This document shows positions 18,896 to 26,385 of a DNA stretch of 34,888 nt, piece after piece (position 1 is the stretch's first letter; the number at the start of each line of letters is the position of its first letter). The stretch is from a virus (Duplodnaviria; Caudoviricetes). The stretch covers positions 1-34,888 of IMG/VR virus record IMGVR_UViG_3300025621_000030. One strand, given 5' to 3'. Made by a program: the position numbers and the translations under genes. A model generated the notes under the pieces. The model ran no database searches and was not told the DNA's origin. It saw only the letters and a list, made by a program, of their open reading frames with translations.

Positions 18896-20716
18896 TTACT
18901 TCCAAGAAGTAGCAAAATTACCTCTATTTATGCCTTTTTGTGGTTTATTTTGCTTACCTTCTTTAGGTTTTAGTTGTTGATTTAGTATTTTTTCTTCAAT
19001 AGAGTCAAAATTTGGATTTAAAATGTAAATAGCAGCAAAATTATATACCAAAGTATCTAAAGCCTCATTTCTAGGTCTTATTTGTTTCCAAATTAAAGTT
19101 TTTCTACCTCTAACAAACTTTGTAATCCTTTTTTCTGCTGTAAGCTGTTTAAAATACTCTTCATCAAGGTCTGAGCAAAAATGCAGGGTAGTAAGCTCAT
19201 TTTCAACAGATAAACGAGCAAAAATAGCCTCTTTTGCTGAATCAGCACCAATTCCATATAAAACAGCCTTATTTTTACCTACAAATGTTGGTTTATTGGC
19301 TATTGGCTTACCTGCTGTTGATAAACCTTTAACAGCAAAGACTCTTCTAGCCTGCCTAGGCTTTGTAAATTGATAAACTTGATTTGTATGATGTCCACCA
19401 CTATCAATTGTGCAACAAGATATAGGGATCATTCTATCTGATTCGGTTTTAAATCTACGTTTTAAATAAGAATCTAAGTCTGACCAAACATTTAAGGCAT
19501 TGGGATCACCCCAAAATATCTTATAATCACACACCCACGCCTCATAGTTCTTACCCCATCCGACCAATTGTAATTCCAATCTATCTTTCTGCGTGTCCAC
19601 GCCAGCAGTTAAAACTAAAACATCCTCAGGTATAGTTGTGTAATCATAGTTTAATCTTCTTTCAAGCAAAGTTTCATATTCAACTGCTTCGCCCTGTTCT
19701 TCCCATGATTCTCCAAGAGCAGTGTTAATCCAAGTTTTTAACATCTCAGGATTCTTTTTTGCTTCAAGAAATGATTTAGCCATATCAGCCCATGTAGACC
19801 AAACAGAATATAGCTCTGATATGTGAAATCCTGCTGTATTAGATTTTGTTTCAGTTGCTATCCATTCACCATGTTTTAACATCCACTGTTTTTTAGATTC
19901 ATTTATTACAGAGCCACAATGATCGCAAGCATAAGATGCTGTTTCAGGTTGATTTTCTTCCCAAACTACATTCTTCCACTTTAAAACCTGTTTTTCATTA
20001 CATTCAGGGCAAGGAACGTGATAATATCGTTTATCTGACTCTTCAAAAGCAGTTTCTATTCTTGAAAGTCCTTTGATTGTAGGAGTAGAACACATATATA
20101 TCTTTTTATTCCAAAAAGTAGTAGTTCTCTTAGTAGCAAGTGATATAGGATCACCTTCAGCACCAGCAGATGCCTCATACCTGTCGACCTCATCAGCGAG
20201 TACGCAACGGATGGGACGTGAAGCGAGAGAGCTTGCACTGTTGCTTCCAGTTATAGTTAGATTACCACCAGCAAACTTTTTAGATAATACTGTATTACCA
20301 CTATCTCTACTTCTAGGGTCTTTAACACAATTTCTTATCTTTTCAGAATCACGAATCATAGTAGCAAGTCTATCCTTAGAAAAGGCCTGACCCATTTGTA
20401 ATGTTGGTTGCATAACTAACATAGGAGCTGGGTCTTGATCTATATAGTAGCCAATCACGTTTAAAAGTATCTCTGTTGCCCCAACTTGAGCAGACTTCAT
20501 AAATACTATTCTTTGAATGTCAGGATCGTTGAAAGAATCCATAATTTCTCTTTGATATGGTGCACGATCTGTACGCCATGCTCCAGCCTCTGCTGAAGAT
20601 TCAGGGGATAGTCTTCTATATCTATCAGCCCAATCGCTAATCTTCAAGTTCGGTGGAGGAGTCCATGTCTGATTCGTCTCCTGTATCACCTTTTCTATAT
20701 TCTTTAGGTATTCCAT
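18896..20716 (-). CDS. terL: Terminase large subunit, lambda GpA family
   Basis: MKSAQVGATE, LADEVDRY, STPT, CPEC..CDHC, AGVDTQ, RNEALD motifs. Confidence 0.97.
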   Translation of the reverse strand: MEYLKNIEKVIQETNQTWTPPPNLKISDWADRYRRLSPESSAEAGAWRTDRAPYQREIMDSFNDPDIQRIVFMKSAQVGATEILLNVIGYYIDQDPAPMLVMQPTLQMGQAFSKDRLATMIRDSEKIRNCVKDPRSRDSGNTVLSKKFAGGNLTITGSNSASSLASRPIRCVLADEVDRYEASAGAEGDPISLATKRTTTFWNKKIYMCSTPTIKGLSRIETAFEESDKRYYHVPCPECNEKQVLKWKNVVWEENQPETASYACDHCGSVINESKKQWMLKHGEWIATETKSNTAGFHISELYSVWSTWADMAKSFLEAKKNPEMLKTWINTALGESWEEQGEAVEYETLLERRLNYDYTTIPEDVLVLTAGVDTQKDRLELQLVGWGKNYEAWVCDYKIFWGDPNALNVWSDLDSYLKRRFKTESDRMIPISCCTIDSGGHHTNQVYQFTKPRQARRVFAVKGLSTAGKPIANKPTFVGKNKAVLYGIGADSAKEAIFARLSVENELTTLHFCSDLDEEYFKQLTAEKRITKFVRGRKTLIWKQIRPRNEALDTLVYNFAAIYILNPNFDSIEEKILNQQLKPKEGKQNKPQKGINRGNFATSWK

Positions 20717-21161
20717 TTTGTGCTAACTCATTTAGTGCTTCATGCACTTGTTCTTTTATTATTAATTCTGCTTCTGCATATTTGTCAACTGTTATTACTT
20801 GATGAGCAACCCTTGATGGCAGTCCTAATAGCCTAGCCCTTACATTTGAAACATAATCAATCCAAGTGTCTTCAACAAGTTGTGCTGGTATTAAAGACTT
20901 TTCTAACTGCTCTACTTCTAGCTCAGCCTTTCTAGCTTGAGCAGCAGTAAGTTTAGCTTTCTCTTCAGCAATATCACCAGTGCCACTTCTTTTATGATAT
21001 CCACCCAGCTTTCTTAGATAGGAAATATATGCAACTCTGCAAACATCTAAATTTAAAGGGCTCCTACCCATTTTAGAGGGCAATATTCCATCCCTGATTA
21101 ATTCAGATATTCTCTTAACAGATAAATCTAAATGATCTGCAACTTCTCTTTGTGTAGCCAA
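20637..21161 (-). CDS. terS: Terminase small subunit, Nu1-like
   Basis: N-terminal HTH (TQREVADHLDLSVKRISEL), coiled coil EKAKLTAAQARKAELE; TTG start. Confidence 0.9.
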   Translation of the reverse strand: MATQREVADHLDLSVKRISELIRDGILPSKMGRSPLNLDVCRVAYISYLRKLGGYHKRSGTGDIAEEKAKLTAAQARKAELEVEQLEKSLIPAQLVEDTWIDYVSNVRARLLGLPSRVAHQVITVDKYAEAELIIKEQVHEALNELAQNGIPKEYRKGDTGDESDMDSSTELED

Positions 21162-21294
21162 CGCTAATTTAATTTCTTAATACTCATAAATATAAATATA
21201 TCACACCAAAAATCTAAAAACAAAACATTTAGGGTGAAGGTAAATTACTTTAATAGGTTGGTATCAATGAGATATAAATCCGATGAATAGTAAT

Positions 21295-21357
21295 GGTCTG
21301 TCGCTACAAAAAGAATGGGGTGCTGCAACCTGCGTACCCATTGGGTCAGAAGAACCT
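21295..21357 (-). other. Candidate cos packaging site
   Basis: GC-richer island in the AT-rich gap ~140-200 bp upstream of terS; minus strand AGGTTCT...GGTACGCAGGTTGCAGCACC loosely resembles the lambda cosQ/cosN layout. Confidence 0.45.
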
Positions 21358-21521
21358 AAGCTCTAAGAAGCCTATAAACAAAGGCTTTGAGAGAACAACA
21401 AAAAAGAACGCCTAAAAATCAAGGGAATGACAAGAAAATAATAATATATCTATTATAAGTACAGCTTATAAAGGTATAAAAAGACGTAAGAATATTTATT
21501 AAAAATAATTTATATTATCTA

Positions 21522-21550
21522 TTGCATATAAATATATATTTATATATAAT
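21522..21550 (+). promoter_or_regulatory. Sigma70-type promoter P1
   Basis: TTGCAT-17 bp-TATAAT upstream of AAGGAG and ATG 21587. Confidence 0.75.
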
Positions 21551-21586
21551 ATAGTTATGTTTAACATTTATAAGGAGAAAATAAAC

Positions 21587-21958
21587 ATGAGCAAAGTACA
21601 TCACACACAATACAAAAAGAACTATAAAAAATATATTCTTGAATGTTTAGAAACAGAGGACGAGCTAATAGGCAAGAATTTATCAGACGATGAAAAGATT
21701 AATTATCTTTTTGATAGGTTCGGCAATGAGTACGGCTTTCAAATTGAAAGGATAGGAGAGTATAGAGCTATGACTGAATGGTTGAGTGGCTTAGCTATAA
21801 ACATTCCTTATACATACTCTGATATCATTGAGTTAGCTATTGATATGGGTTCAATTGATAACAACCCAAGCGAGGCATTAAAAGATAGAGTTATTGAAAA
21901 TTACTTTTCTTTTATGGCCAGTGTAATTCTATCTTTTAAACATAAATGGGTGGCATAA
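21587..21958 (+). CDS. Hypothetical early protein, 123 aa
   Basis: ORF track frame; start moved to the ATG with an AAGGAG RBS. Confidence 0.8.
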   Translation: MSKVHHTQYKKNYKKYILECLETEDELIGKNLSDDEKINYLFDRFGNEYGFQIERIGEYRAMTEWLSGLAINIPYTYSDIIELAIDMGSIDNNPSEALKDRVIENYFSFMASVILSFKHKWVA

Positions 21959-22120
21959 ATGAGAATAGATCTAAACGAAATTAAAAAATATGACTACAGC
22001 GACACTTCAACAGCAAGAGAACTTATATACAAGCTAACAGAGGAGCTTGAAAAAGCATATAAATTACAAAATGATTTAATCGAAGCAATAACTAAAAAGG
22101 GGGTAAATAATGAAATATAA
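21959..22120 (+). CDS. Hypothetical protein, 53 aa (MRIDLNEIKKYDYSD...)
   Basis: Hand-translated; abuts the previous stop. Confidence 0.65.
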   Translation: MRIDLNEIKKYDYSDTSTARELIYKLTEELEKAYKLQNDLIEAITKKGVNNEI

Positions 22121-22250
22121 AATAATAATTAATAACGGAACTCTTAAAGGCTTTTTAGCCTTTAGGGGTTCATGTCTTGCAACTATGCAAGATAAATTTA
22201 AACGCCTGGAACTTCAAGGGCATAAATTAAAACTAATAAGGGGTAAATAA
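22110..22250 (+). CDS. Hypothetical protein, 46 aa (MKYKIIINNGTLKGFLAF...)
   Basis: GGGGT RBS; TAATG coupling to the next gene. Confidence 0.65.
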   Translation: MKYKIIINNGTLKGFLAFRGSCLATMQDKFKRLELQGHKLKLIRGK

Positions 22251-22495
22251 TGGATATATACACAGAATATGTTATTTGGGGCGTAAAGATAGAAGACAGG
22301 GATAAACCCGAATATTTACAAGAGAGCTTGTTGCAGACACACCACCTAGGCGAAACTATCAGAAGTAAACCAATAGCGGAAAGGATAGCCCTATTATGTG
22401 AATCAAAGGGTTATACAAATGTAAGAATCCAATCTATACCCTTTTATGTGGGCTGTGAGTCTGATTTAGCCAAACAATTCATGGGGGTTAAATAA
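22250..22495 (+). CDS. Hypothetical protein, 81 aa
   Basis: ORF track; TAATG coupling at both ends. Confidence 0.75.
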   Translation: MDIYTEYVIWGVKIEDRDKPEYLQESLLQTHHLGETIRSKPIAERIALLCESKGYTNVRIQSIPFYVGCESDLAKQFMGVK

Positions 22496-22647
22496 TGAAA
22501 TATCAAATAAAAATATTACATGGCTCAATATATGAAATATTAGCCGATAACTTATTAGATTTACACAATCAGATTCAAAATCTCAAAAAGAAGCATTGTT
22601 TATATGATGATGAAATAACATCTATAGAGGTTCAATATGAGTCTTGA
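22495..22647 (+). CDS. Hypothetical protein, 50 aa (MKYQIKILHGSIYEILAD...)
   Basis: GGGGGT RBS, TAATG coupling, ends before the terminator. Confidence 0.65.
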   Translation: MKYQIKILHGSIYEILADNLLDLHNQIQNLKKKHCLYDDEITSIEVQYES

Positions 22648-22683
22648 TACATGGAAGATTAATAACTAATCTAACCAATCAAG

Positions 22684-22708
22684 GGCGGTACTATTACCGC
22701 CTTTTTTT
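22684..22708 (+). terminator. Intrinsic terminator
   Basis: GGCGGTA-CTAT-TACCGCC followed by T7. Confidence 0.85.
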
Positions 22709-22893
22709 ATGCCTTGAATATATAGGAGAGCCTTAGAGCCTTTCTAAGACGTTTTAATATTAAAGCCTTGTATTACTATCAATATATATTTATATTGCAA
22801 CAGACGGCTTGTCCGTGCCTTGTTTTTTTCTCTGTTGCTTCTTTTTGTTTCTGTTGCTTTGTTTTTTTTCTTTGGTGATTTTTTGAATCAAGA

Positions 22894-23063
22894 TATAAAT
22901 TTGCCTTGATTATAAATTTGCCTTGATTATAAATTTGCCTTGATTATAAATTTGCCTTGATTATAAATTTGCATCAAAACAGTATTTGCATCAAAACAGT
23001 ATTTGCATCAAAACAGTATTTGCCTTGATCTTAAATTTGCCTTAAAAATAAATTTGCATTTAG
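22894..23063 (+). repeat. Array A: 10 tandem 17-bp units with ATTTGC core
   Basis: 4x TATAAATTTGCCTTGAT, one hybrid, 2x ACAGTATTTGCATCAAA, one hybrid, 2 degenerate units. Confidence 0.95.
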
Positions 23064-23066
23064 GTA

Positions 23067-23095
23067 TTGTGTATTTATATATTTTTATATATGAT
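23067..23095 (+). promoter_or_regulatory. Sigma70-type promoter P2
   Basis: TTGTGT-17 bp-TATGAT right after array A, upstream of AAGGAG and ATG 23132. Confidence 0.6.
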
Positions 23096-23131
23096 AGGTT
23101 TATGTTAAATAAAAGTAAGGAGTTAAATAAC

Positions 23132-23377
23132 ATGAAACCATTAAATAAAAACCAACAAAAAGAGTTATCTCAAATTATGGGGTGGCACGATTTTAAAATA
23201 GACCAACGATCAACTCATAGTGCATACATAACTATGGGAGATATAACAGTCTATGTAGACAATTCAACCAACGAGCAAATAGTAAATGTATGGCAAGATC
23301 AACCGCTAGGCTTAGAAGAGAAAACTATTCATAGCTCATGGACTAATACAGATACACTTATAAGGGAGCAAGAATAA
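23132..23377 (+). CDS. Hypothetical early protein, 81 aa (MKPLNKNQQKELSQ...)
   Basis: Start moved to the ATG with an AAGGAG RBS; the track's upstream extension runs through the repeat array and promoter. Confidence 0.75.
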   Translation: MKPLNKNQQKELSQIMGWHDFKIDQRSTHSAYITMGDITVYVDNSTNEQIVNVWQDQPLGLEEKTIHSSWTNTDTLIREQE

Positions 23378-23484
23378 TGATTGAAGAACTACTAGACAAA
23401 TACCATGAAGACGATTTTGATGATTTGTTAATTGAAATAATCAAACACATGCAAGAACAAAAAGAAACAAGGGAGCAAGACTAA
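23377..23484 (+). CDS. Small acidic protein, 35 aa (MIEELLDKYHEDDFDDLLIEII...)
   Basis: GGAG RBS, TAATG coupling at both ends. Confidence 0.7.
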   Translation: MIEELLDKYHEDDFDDLLIEIIKHMQEQKETREQD

Positions 23485-23627
23485 TGAACTTAGAAGAATA
23501 TGCAAGAAAAAGAGTTGAAGAAGAAGATGAGCTAAAAGAATTGGCTTATGAACTTTTAATTTATTACTACGAAGGCTGGAGTAAGGAAGAATTAGCAGAT
23601 TTAGGTATAACAAAGGAGCAAGACTAA
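23484..23627 (+). CDS. Small acidic protein, 47 aa (MNLEEYARKRVEEEDELKELAY...)
   Basis: GGAG RBS, TAATG coupling. Confidence 0.7.
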   Translation: MNLEEYARKRVEEEDELKELAYELLIYYYEGWSKEELADLGITKEQD

Positions 23628-23773
23628 TGACAATTAAAGAATATTATAAATTAAGAGAAGCTATGAGTAATTTAGATAATCTTATTGATGATTGTTCAAT
23701 AGAAGTTAAAGAAGCTATTGACGAAGTATGGGATTTAGTAGATGAAATAAAAACAGAGGAGCAAGACAAATGA
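23627..23773 (+). CDS. Small acidic protein, 48 aa (MTIKEYYKLREAMSNLDNLIDD...)
   Basis: GGAG RBS; TAATG and ATGA coupling. Confidence 0.7.
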   Translation: MTIKEYYKLREAMSNLDNLIDDCSIEVKEAIDEVWDLVDEIKTEEQDK

Positions 23774-24084
23774 GTAAAGAAAAAATATATGAAATTGGCT
23801 TTGATGATAAATGCATGGGAGATCATAAGGGAGAGTGGGACGCTTGGTTTCTAAGCGACTTGATTTGCCTTGTAGGTGGCAATGTCTCTTGTACTGCAAA
23901 AGATTATGTAGAAGTAGATACAGATGATTATAAAAAAAGAATTTGCGTCTACATCGATCTTATGAAGTTTGTTTGTTATGTAGGTGATAAGCATGAGTAT
24001 TCAGCAAAAGACCATTTAGCCTTTCAAGGATTCTGTACTAAATATAATCTTAAATATGAGGAGTGGTGTGATGAGTCTAACTAA
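23770..24084 (+). CDS. Hypothetical protein, 104 aa, Cys/Asp-rich
   Basis: ORF track; GAGGAG RBS. Confidence 0.75.
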   Translation: MSKEKIYEIGFDDKCMGDHKGEWDAWFLSDLICLVGGNVSCTAKDYVEVDTDDYKKRICVYIDLMKFVCYVGDKHEYSAKDHLAFQGFCTKYNLKYEEWCDESN

Positions 24085-24292
24085 AAAACAAATAATAGAA
24101 AAACTTAAAAGCATACAGTACGAAGTTGATAGCATCTTTAACGAGAGGTTAGATAGGTTTGATACTGAATTGTTGGAGTTTCGCAAAGACCCTGAACCTG
24201 ATTATGGTTATATATCGTTTTTAGGGCATGAGGTTTATGAGGCTCAAAGAGTTCAAAAAGTAATTTTAGAAATAATAGGAGAGGAGGACTAA
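24071..24292 (+). CDS. Hypothetical acidic protein, 73 aa
   Basis: GAGGAG RBS before ATG 24071. Confidence 0.7.
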   Translation: MSLTKKQIIEKLKSIQYEVDSIFNERLDRFDTELLEFRKDPEPDYGYISFLGHEVYEAQRVQKVILEIIGEED

Positions 24293-24303
24293 ATTGCGGT
24301 AAG

Positions 24304-24335
24304 GGTAAATTTGCCTTAATGGTAAATTTGCCTTT
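24304..24335 (+). repeat. Array B: 2 units GGTAAATTTGCCTT (17-bp period) at the convergent gene junction
   Basis: GGTAAATTTGCCTTAAT GGTAAATTTGCCTTT. Confidence 0.85.
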
Positions 24336-24993
24336 ATCTTTTTAAGTGTCTAGCGAATTGTCTGTTGATCTCTCTATGCAAGGTGCTTTTAATAACTTTT
24401 TCTCCAACCTTATAAAAATCAATAAACTTTCTATGCTTAATAAATGGAGTAAAGGCTACAAGCAATTTAAGACCTTCTCTACCCTTTTTACCTTGCCTTT
24501 CCCATATACCATAAGTTTTAGAACCTTCTCCTTTAGGTACGCCTTGGAAACGTGAACCCTTTCTTTGTGAATCTTTTGTTTTATCAACTCTACTCAATAA
24601 ACCACCTTTTGCAGATAGCTTCATTATGTTTCCATATTTGCCTTTCTTGTATTCTCCATCTTTAGTTGGTGAGGCGTATTTTTGCCTTCTTGCAGGTTCG
24701 TTTTCTCCTGTGTATATGTAATGCAAAAACTTAACCGCCCAATCTTTAACAATAACCCTTGTAGCTAATCTATTGCTTCTAGGTTTGGCAAAGTTAGATA
24801 TAACAACAGACTTAACTGTTTGTGGACGTGGGTTATCTAACTTATCTTTAAGATGTGACCTTTCAGCATTTACAACCCTCTCTCCTGTATAATTCATAGC
24901 TCTTGCCATAATCTTATTAAAATCTCTTTTGTTTAAGTCTTTGTCTAATTGTTTTCTTAAATCTTTGAGATTATCTTTTACTGTTATTCTCAT
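24334..24993 (-). CDS. Basic protein resembling lambda gpZ / tail completion family
   Basis: M.ITVK.NL...ARAMN.T...LDNPRPQT, GIWER, LKLLV.F, DFY motifs; very basic. Confidence 0.55.
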   Translation of the reverse strand: MRITVKDNLKDLRKQLDKDLNKRDFNKIMARAMNYTGERVVNAERSHLKDKLDNPRPQTVKSVVISNFAKPRSNRLATRVIVKDWAVKFLHYIYTGENEPARRQKYASPTKDGEYKKGKYGNIMKLSAKGGLLSRVDKTKDSQRKGSRFQGVPKGEGSKTYGIWERQGKKGREGLKLLVAFTPFIKHRKFIDFYKVGEKVIKSTLHREINRQFARHLKR

Positions 24994-25110
24994 ACTAAAT
25001 TTGCCTTAAATATAAATTTGCCTTGATTATAAATTTGCCTTTATGAAATTTGCCTTAAACCTAAATTTGCCTCAATGTTAAATTTGCCTTAATTACAAAT
25101 TTGCCCAAGG
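24994..25110 (+). repeat. Array C: 7 units with AAATTTGCC core, mostly 17-bp period
   Basis: Includes an exact TATAAATTTGCCTTGAT unit shared with array A. Confidence 0.95.
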
Positions 25111-25263
25111 AGACTTTTTATCAAACTTCAAACCATTCTCGTTAGCAACTTTTAAAATAGTCGATTTGCTTTTACCAAGAGACATAACCACCTCGTTTAG
25201 TGATTTGCCTTTATCGATTTGCCTCTTAAGTTGCGAAACATCAATTTGCGGTTTATTGCTCAT
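25093..25263 (-). CDS. Small HTH-like DNA-binding protein, 56 aa
   Basis: Hand-translated MSNKPQIDVSQLKRQIDKGKSLNEVVMSLGKSKSTILKVANENGLKFDKKSPWANL; G.S..E....LG.S.STI...A...GL pattern; TAATG coupling. Confidence 0.65.
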   Translation of the reverse strand: MSNKPQIDVSQLKRQIDKGKSLNEVVMSLGKSKSTILKVANENGLKFDKKSPWANL

Positions 25264-25487
25264 TACAGGTTCTCATAATGTTCTTTTAATTTATTAATAT
25301 ACCAAATACTTTTCTCTAAGTCTTGGATGTTGGAGTCTTTATATTTATGTCTATGTAAATACTTTATAGCATTACCTTCAAGATATGCGGGGAAATTTGC
25401 ACCTAACTGTTGCTTTATGTAGTCAATACATTCAACACCACCTTCTTTGTGTAAGTAATGTTTCGGATGGTTTACTGGGTCATTCAT
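25263..25487 (-). CDS. DUF3310 family protein (T7 gp1.7-like nucleotide kinase family)
   Basis: DPVNHPKHY...ECIDYI...GNAIKYL.R...QDLEKS.WY signature. Confidence 0.85.
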   Translation of the reverse strand: MNDPVNHPKHYLHKEGGVECIDYIKQQLGANFPAYLEGNAIKYLHRHKYKDSNIQDLEKSIWYINKLKEHYENL

Positions 25488-25666
25488 ACTTTTCTCCTAA
25501 TTAGTTCATTCTTACATTTCTGTATGACTTTTTTCTTAGCACTAGAGGATTCAATATAATCATTCAGTTCTTGTACTGTCATACTCTTTAGATAGTAATG
25601 TTCTGTTTTTGTCTTACCTGTTGCTCTGTCTCTAACAACAGCACTAGGTCTTAGTTTTATCGCCAT
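25484..25666 (-). CDS. Hypothetical basic protein, 60 aa (MAIKLRPS...)
   Basis: AAGGAG RBS before ATG 25666. Confidence 0.7.
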   Translation of the reverse strand: MAIKLRPSAVVRDRATGKTKTEHYYLKSMTVQELNDYIESSSAKKKVIQKCKNELIRRKV

Positions 25667-25775
25667 CTTTTTTCTCCTTTTTCTTTTTCCCAAATGCTAA
25701 TTCCCAATTTGCATCTATTTTCTTTTTATCTTCCTTACGCCTTTTTGAGCCTTTGCCACCATGCCACTTAGTCAT
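25644..25775 (-). CDS. Small Lys-rich protein, 43 aa (MTKWHGGKGSKRRKEDKKKIDANWELAFGK...)
   Basis: Hand-translated; overlaps both neighbours; I recall this GGKGSKRR...NW..F pattern from other marine phages. Confidence 0.65.
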   Translation of the reverse strand: MTKWHGGKGSKRRKEDKKKIDANWELAFGKKKKEKKDGDKTKT

Positions 25776-26262
25776 AATCTATCCTTTGAAAATTTACAGA
25801 TTTATCTAATTTGCTTAGTATCTCTTTTGCTCTCATAAAATCCTGGGGTATACACCTAAGCAGTTCTTCAATACTAAATACCATAATATCCTTTTCGTCT
25901 TTATGTATTAGCTCTAAAACTGGCTTCTCTTCATCAGTATCACATATCAATGCAGTTTTCTTATCAAAGGTAAAACACCTAGCACTTGGTTGAATCATAA
26001 TGTAACCACTTTCTTCACATTTGATGTTTAGTTGTTCATAGGCTCTAATCATCATATCAACCATACTGATTTGCTTTTTGATCGTATCTTTTTGCAAAGA
26101 TGTTTTTAATAGTTGTTCTGCTTTCAAAAACTTAATCTCAAAGTCTACGCCCACCATTTTATAGATACGTTTCCAGTTACCCCATTTAACATTAGCCTCT
26201 GCTTCTAAGATTCTTAATTGTTTAAGTTTATCTTTTAAAGCCTCATCATAATAATTACTCAT
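25768..26262 (-). CDS. Hypothetical protein, 164 aa
   Basis: ORF track; GGAGGA RBS. Confidence 0.8.
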   Translation of the reverse strand: MSNYYDEALKDKLKQLRILEAEANVKWGNWKRIYKMVGVDFEIKFLKAEQLLKTSLQKDTIKKQISMVDMMIRAYEQLNIKCEESGYIMIQPSARCFTFDKKTALICDTDEEKPVLELIHKDEKDIMVFSIEELLRCIPQDFMRAKEILSKLDKSVNFQRIDYD

Positions 26263-26289
26263 ATATATCCTCCGTGCTTATACATTTAA

Positions 26290-26385
26290 GTGTGCATGTG
26301 TGTAGTCCTACGGACTACTACACACACACACACTCAAATAATGTATTCATACACACACACACACTCGCACACACACTCACACACT
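26290..26385. repeat. CA/TG microsatellite tracts with central 7-bp hairpin (candidate origin / priming site)
   Basis: GTAGTCC-TAC-GGACTAC at 26302-26318 and four CACAC(A)..CTC tracts directly after the primase-helicase stop. Confidence 0.75.

Noticed and set aside
5541-20390. Plus-strand ORFs within structural genes (5541, 5901, 9005, 14950, 15202, 16596, 18202, 18773, 20073) and minus 20056-20238
   Set aside because: Overlap well-supported genes or their control regions on the other strand or frame; no recognisable motifs.
23003-23131. N-terminal extension of ORF 23003-23377
   Set aside because: Runs through the repeat array and promoter P2; the strong RBS lies before ATG 23132.
23428-23826. 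Minus-strand ORFs 23428-23613 and 23644-23826
   Set aside because: Shadows of coupled plus-strand small genes that have clear RBSs.
22894-25110. Repeat arrays as a mini-CRISPR
   Set aside because: 17-bp head-to-tail period with no 25-45-bp unique spacers, no palindromic repeat and no cas genes.
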